From an uncultured delta proteobacterium (GTDB lineage Bacteria > Myxococcota_A > UBA9160 > UBA4427): DNA of 64,000 nt. A program made the position numbers and the translations under genes. The notes under the pieces are model-generated. The model was not told the origin of the DNA. It did not search any database and saw nothing but the letters and a program-made list of their open reading frames with translations. The stretch spans positions 32,001-96,000 of the forward strand of contig CAWGJT010000006.1 of NCBI GenBank assembly GCA_963822965.1. Reading direction: 5' to 3'. Shown one piece after another: positions 58,486-64,000 of this stretch. Position 1 is the first letter of the stretch. Each line of letters opens with the position of its first letter.

Positions 58486-59823
58486 CTACTCGCTCGTCTC
58501 GTCCGGCTCGATGGTCACCTCGCCCCTGCGGCCCTTCCGCGCTCGCAGGGCCTCCAGCCGCGCGCGTTCGATCTCGAGCCACTCGGCGCGCGGGCGGCTC
58601 GGGTCGAAGACCAGCTCGATCTCCGCCTCGGCTTCTTCACCCGAAGCCAGCCGGGCGGCCACGCGGATACGATTCGGGCCCTCCTCGAGCGGAACCCGGG
58701 CACGGAACCGGCCCGATTCCTCCAGGTCGATCTGCGGCGCCGACTCCCCCAGGTCGAGGTTCTCGACGCGCACCCGCTCGGGCTTCGGCGCCAGGTCCGC
58801 GACCAGCCGCCCGGCCAGCACCGCGGGCGCGGCTCCGGTCGGGCTCCACACGACGCCGCCGGGCGCCGCAGCCCGCATCTCCCGCACGACCTCGGGGACC
58901 TGCCCGCCGCCGAGCCCCACGATCTCGAGCCAAGCGCCCTGCGCGGCGAGCCTTCCGGCCAGCGCCACGAGCCGCGCACGATGGCGGGGATCGCTTGCCG
59001 CGGCTGCTCCTACCGGATAGCCCGCGGCCGCGTCGACCCACACGACCACCCCCGGCGCGGGTGCTCCCGGGGCTGCGGACGAGGCGGAAATCCCGTCCAA
59101 CGCCGCCTCGAGCGCCGCGGCCAGGTCGCGTGGCCGCAGATCGCCCGGCGGGTCGCCGCTCCTCGAGGCAGCCGTGCCGCGGCTCGCGAAGGCAAGGGTA
59201 CGCGAGTCGACGGGCTCGCCCCGATCGCGCAGTCGGCTCAGAAGGAGCCGGGATGCCGCCGGGCCCGTCTCCCGCACCGCGGGCGAGCGGTCCAGCAGCA
59301 GCCAGACACGCTTGCCGGCGCGCACCCGGCCCTCGGGCCCGGCCCCGCGCTCCAGCCAGCCGGAGAGCGCCACGCTGCGCTCCAGGTTGCTCACCACGTC
59401 GCCGGGCGCCGGGGTCTCGAGGCGGACGCCCAGGCGCGCGGGCGCCGGAACGGGGAGCGTGCAGCGCTGCATCCAGGCCGGGCTGAACACCTGCACGCGC
59501 CGCCAGGGGGAGGGCTCGGCCTCGCTCGCGACGGCCACGCAGCGGAAGCGCGTCTCGTTCAGGAGCGCTCCCGCCGGCTCCACCTGGCACGAGTTCGCGA
59601 GCACACGCGGATGCTCGGGGTGCGGCAGCCAGGCCGAGCGCTCCCGGCTCCATACCTCCATCTCCAGCAGTCCGCTCTCGCAGGACTGCGCGGGCAGGAA
59701 GACGGCCACCCGATCTCCCGGCACCCCCGCCGCGGCCACCCCGAACGCCGTCCCCATCGTCGCGCACGCCGCAACGGCAGCCACGACCGTCGGGAGCCGC
59801 CCCCTCGCGAGCCCCACAGGCAC
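58486..59823 (-). CDS. Secreted hypothetical protein with degenerate VWA-like and Ig-like regions (start uncertain)
   Basis: Signal-like segment; VWLLLDRS strand; GRFRARVPLEEGPNRIRVAAR. Confidence 0.55.
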   Translation of the reverse strand: MPVGLARGRLPTVVAAVAACATMGTAFGVAAAGVPGDRVAVFLPAQSCESGLLEMEVWSRERSAWLPHPEHPRVLANSCQVEPAGALLNETRFRCVAVASEAEPSPWRRVQVFSPAWMQRCTLPVPAPARLGVRLETPAPGDVVSNLERSVALSGWLERGAGPEGRVRAGKRVWLLLDRSPAVRETGPAASRLLLSRLRDRGEPVDSRTLAFASRGTAASRSGDPPGDLRPRDLAAALEAALDGISASSAAPGAPAPGVVVWVDAAAGYPVGAAAASDPRHRARLVALAGRLAAQGAWLEIVGLGGGQVPEVVREMRAAAPGGVVWSPTGAAPAVLAGRLVADLAPKPERVRVENLDLGESAPQIDLEESGRFRARVPLEEGPNRIRVAARLASGEEAEAEIELVFDPSRPRAEWLEIERARLEALRARKGRRGEVTIEPDETSE

Positions 59824-59873
59824 GGGGACCCGGGATCGGTCGCCCGGCGCCGCAACGGATCCTGCGGATCGAG

Positions 59874-60659
59874 CTATCCCGCGAACTTCGGCCACCCGAG
59901 CAGATACGTGACGTGGGCGGGCTGGCTGCCGATCTTCACGCGCCCCGTCTCCCACGTGAAGCCGTCTCCCTCGAGCCCCGACACCATCTCGTCGAGCTCC
60001 GCCACCGTGTACGCGCGCAGCCCCGAGACGAAGCCGTCCCAGACGACGAAGAGCGGAATCACCGGCACGAGATAGGTGAAGACCAGCCAGCGCCAGTCGA
60101 AGGGGCGCAGGAAGGGACAGGCGAGCGCGAAGAAGAGCGGCGCGAACAGGATGCCGACGAGGAACGGCACGCTGCGCTCCGCCACGTCGAAGACCGCCAC
60201 CGGCTGGCGGCTGTCCACGGCGCTCTGGAGGATGCGCCGGGCGTCCGGCGGTCGGAAGTGGTGGAGCGCGTTGAAGAGCGTGCGGCAGCCGTCGAGAGAG
60301 GCCGGCACGCTCGTCGCGTCGACGGACTCGGGGTGCACCGTCACGCGGCCGTCGGACCTCGCGGCCACGGCCGCCAGGGTCTGCACGTTCGGATACCGGT
60401 CGGTGAGCAGCGCCGTCACCTCGACGCCCTCGTCGCGCAGGGCGTCGACCACCGCCGGCACCGGCCCGGCGCCGCCGGAGCACAGGTCCACCAGACAGCG
60501 CGCCCCCGAGGCCCGCAGCAGCTCCGCCAGCTTCGGTGCCATGTAGCCGGGCTGTCCGGCCAGGTCGGCGGCCAGGCGCAGATACGCCGTGCCGGCGTCC
60601 CGCAGCACCGCGGGAAACCAGGGCTGGTCCTCGAGCTCCATCAGGTGCAAACGTGCCAT
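59874..60659 (-). CDS. Class I SAM-dependent methyltransferase-like protein
   Basis: LVDLCSGGAGP, LTDRYPN, VDAT, FNALHHF. Confidence 0.85.
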   Translation of the reverse strand: MARLHLMELEDQPWFPAVLRDAGTAYLRLAADLAGQPGYMAPKLAELLRASGARCLVDLCSGGAGPVPAVVDALRDEGVEVTALLTDRYPNVQTLAAVAARSDGRVTVHPESVDATSVPASLDGCRTLFNALHHFRPPDARRILQSAVDSRQPVAVFDVAERSVPFLVGILFAPLFFALACPFLRPFDWRWLVFTYLVPVIPLFVVWDGFVSGLRAYTVAELDEMVSGLEGDGFTWETGRVKIGSQPAHVTYLLGWPKFAG

Positions 60660-60693
60660 CGGGCGTCCGCTCGTGTGGGCGCTCGCTCGTGCC

Positions 60694-62361
<1,668 letters not shown>

Positions 62362-62418
62362 TCACGAGGACCCCGCTCACCCACGAACGGCGTCCCGGCG
62401 ACTCCACCCCCCACAAGA

Positions 62419-62449
62419 GAAACGGGAGGCCGGTGTGGCCTCCCGTTTC
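62419..62449 (-). terminator. Intrinsic terminator downstream of rplM-rpsI
   Basis: 13-bp perfect stem GAAACGGGAGGCC/GGCCTCCCGTTTC followed by TCTTGT on the minus strand. Confidence 0.75.
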
Positions 62450-62495
62450 GAAAATCAGCTGTCTTGCGACGCCTCGAATCAAGGCGATCCTCCGA

Positions 62496-62894
62496 TCAGC
62501 GCTTCGAGAACTGGTACCGCGCGCGGGCACCCTTCTGCCCGTACTTCTTGCGCTCCTTCCGACGCGGGTCCCGGGTGAGGAAGCCGGCTCGCTTCAGGAC
62601 GGCGCGCTGGTTGGGATCGAGCTTCTCGAGGGCGCGCGCGATCCCGTGGCGGAGCGCTCCGGCCTGGCCGCTGGTGCCGCCGCCCTGGATGGTCGCGCTG
62701 ATGTCGTAGCGGGTCAGCGCTTCGGTCATCTCCAGCGGCTTGCGCACGGCCAGCTGGTCGGCGTGGCGCGGGAAGTAGTCCTCCACCGTGCGGCCGTTGA
62801 TGAGGATGTTGCCGCCGCCGAGCTGCAGGCGCACACGCGCGATGGCGGTCTTGCGCTTGCCGGTGGCGGAGGTGATGTCGCTCGGACTAGCCAA
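62496..62894 (-). CDS. rpsI: 30S ribosomal protein S9
   Basis: [40 protein letters not shown]. Confidence 0.99.
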   Translation of the reverse strand: MASPSDITSATGKRKTAIARVRLQLGGGNILINGRTVEDYFPRHADQLAVRKPLEMTEALTRYDISATIQGGGTSGQAGALRHGIARALEKLDPNQRAVLKRAGFLTRDPRRKERKKYGQKGARARYQFSKR

Positions 62895-63339
62895 GTGTGA
62901 GCTCCTCGGGCTTCTGTGCGGCGTGCTTGTGGTCGGGTCCGGCGTACACGCGAAGCTTCGAGAGCATCTGCCGGCCCAGGGCGTTCTTCGGAAGCATGCC
63001 GGTGACGGCCTTGCGGACGACGCGATCGGCGTGCGGTCCGCCGAGCAGCTCGTTGGCGGTGACCGTCTTGACGCTGCCCATGTAGCCGGTGTGCCGCTGG
63101 TAGACCTTCTGCTCCCGCTTGCGACCGGTCAGCTTGACCTTCTCGGCGTTGACCACGATCACGTGGTCGCCGGTGTCGACGTGGGGCGTGAACGTCGGCT
63201 TGTGCTTGCCGCGCAGGATGCTCGCGATCCGGGTCGCGAGGCGGCCGAGCACGACGTCCGTCGCGTCGACCACGTACCACTGGCGCTCGACGTCCGCCGG
63301 GCGCGTGCTCTGGGTGGCGCGGTGAGCCGGAGCTCCCAT
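62887..63339 (-). CDS. rplM: 50S ribosomal protein L13
   Basis: [44 protein letters not shown]. Confidence 0.99.
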   Translation of the reverse strand: MGAPAHRATQSTRPADVERQWYVVDATDVVLGRLATRIASILRGKHKPTFTPHVDTGDHVIVVNAEKVKLTGRKREQKVYQRHTGYMGSVKTVTANELLGGPHADRVVRKAVTGMLPKNALGRQMLSKLRVYAGPDHKHAAQKPEELTLG

Positions 63340-63792
63340 GGTCGTTGCCTTTCCTCTGGCTTCCGGCCTTCCGGCCTTTCTGCCCTTCTGCCTTGTCTGC
63401 GTCCCGCTCGCTTCGGCGTTCGCAGGGGCTGCCGGCCGGCCGACCGCGGGACTCGCTTCACGCCCCTCTTCACGCCCTCTTCACGCTCACGTTCACGCAA
63501 GTGGAGCCGACCGGTCGCGCCTCGAAGAGACCCATGCGAGGCGCAACCCGCGCGCGGCAGCTGGTGTTCGGGACGGGCATTGGGTACCGGAGCGCAACCC
63601 GCGAGTCAAGGGCCCGCTGCCGGCGGCTCTCCCGCCAAGACGCCGATATTGCATCGAAATGTGCCGGTGCGGACCCGTCGCCCCCAAGGGCAGCCGGAAC
63701 GCTGCGCTGCCCGGCCGGGGCGCCCTCGCCTATGCTCCCCTGCGCGTCGGCCGGGGCGTCCGCCGGGCCGGCCCCCCGCCGGAGGAATCGCC

Positions 63793-64000
63793 GTGAGCCG
63801 CCGCAACGACCCCGCCCCGCCGCGGGAACGCCCGCTTCTCGAGCAGCGCCGGCGGGACACGCTGCGGGAGCTCGAGTCGCTCCACGGCCGCCGAGAGATC
63901 GGTGCGGAGGAGTACCGCCAGCGTGCCGAGGCCACCCGACGCGCCACCGACGAGGTGGAGCTCGAGGCCCTGCGTCCCTCTCACAGCCCGCACAGCCCGC
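63793..64000 (+). CDS. Partial ORF with DUF1707/SHOCT-like N-terminal domain (truncated by window edge)
   Basis: GGAGG SD plus GTG; RRDTLRELESLHGRREIGAEEYRQRAEATRRATDEVELEAL. Confidence 0.6.
   Translation, partial: MSRRNDPAPPRERPLLEQRRRDTLRELESLHGRREIGAEEYRQRAEATRRATDEVELEALRPSHSPHSP

Overview
A very GC-rich (about 70% by eye) chromosomal segment from a Gram-negative bacterium. Gene order and content suggest a deltaproteobacterial or Myxococcota-like lineage (inference). Housekeeping blocks: uvrC(partial)-uvrB-cysS-ispF-ispD; secF-secD-yajC-SpoIID-like-metK; the lptC-lptA-lptB-rpoN-ptsN-hprK-rapZ-EIIA-HPr operon; trkH; ilvB-ilvN; pyrG; rpsI-rplM; tRNA-Arg(CCG) and tRNA-Val(CAC). Accessory metabolic genes lie between them: two PQQ dehydrogenases, amidohydrolases, transporters, a Zn-ADH, hot-dog enzymes, a Glu/Leu/Phe/Val dehydrogenase, ackA and a P3A-type H+-ATPase. 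rpoN, ilvB and two other genes carry clustered single-base insertions and metK has an in-frame TAG, which points to local long-read consensus errors. Most interesting observations: (1) a full-length, intact tyrosine-recombinase homologue whose catalytic Arg, His and Tyr positions appear substituted, preceded by a promoter-overlapping inverted repeat and a long structured leader, i.e. a candidate domesticated recombinase acting as a DNA-binding regulator; (2) an unannotated 52-aa ORF stitched in frame from three distant pieces of phosphoketolase (Xfp), between ackA and the H+-ATPase; (3) a roughly 40-bp CTAG-bounded palindromic element present twice, each time overlapping a gene's TAG stop; (4) a long structured metK leader that I cannot match to the SAM riboswitch classes I recognise; (5) an LptA with an extra N-terminal domain. 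All calls are by eye; no searches were run.
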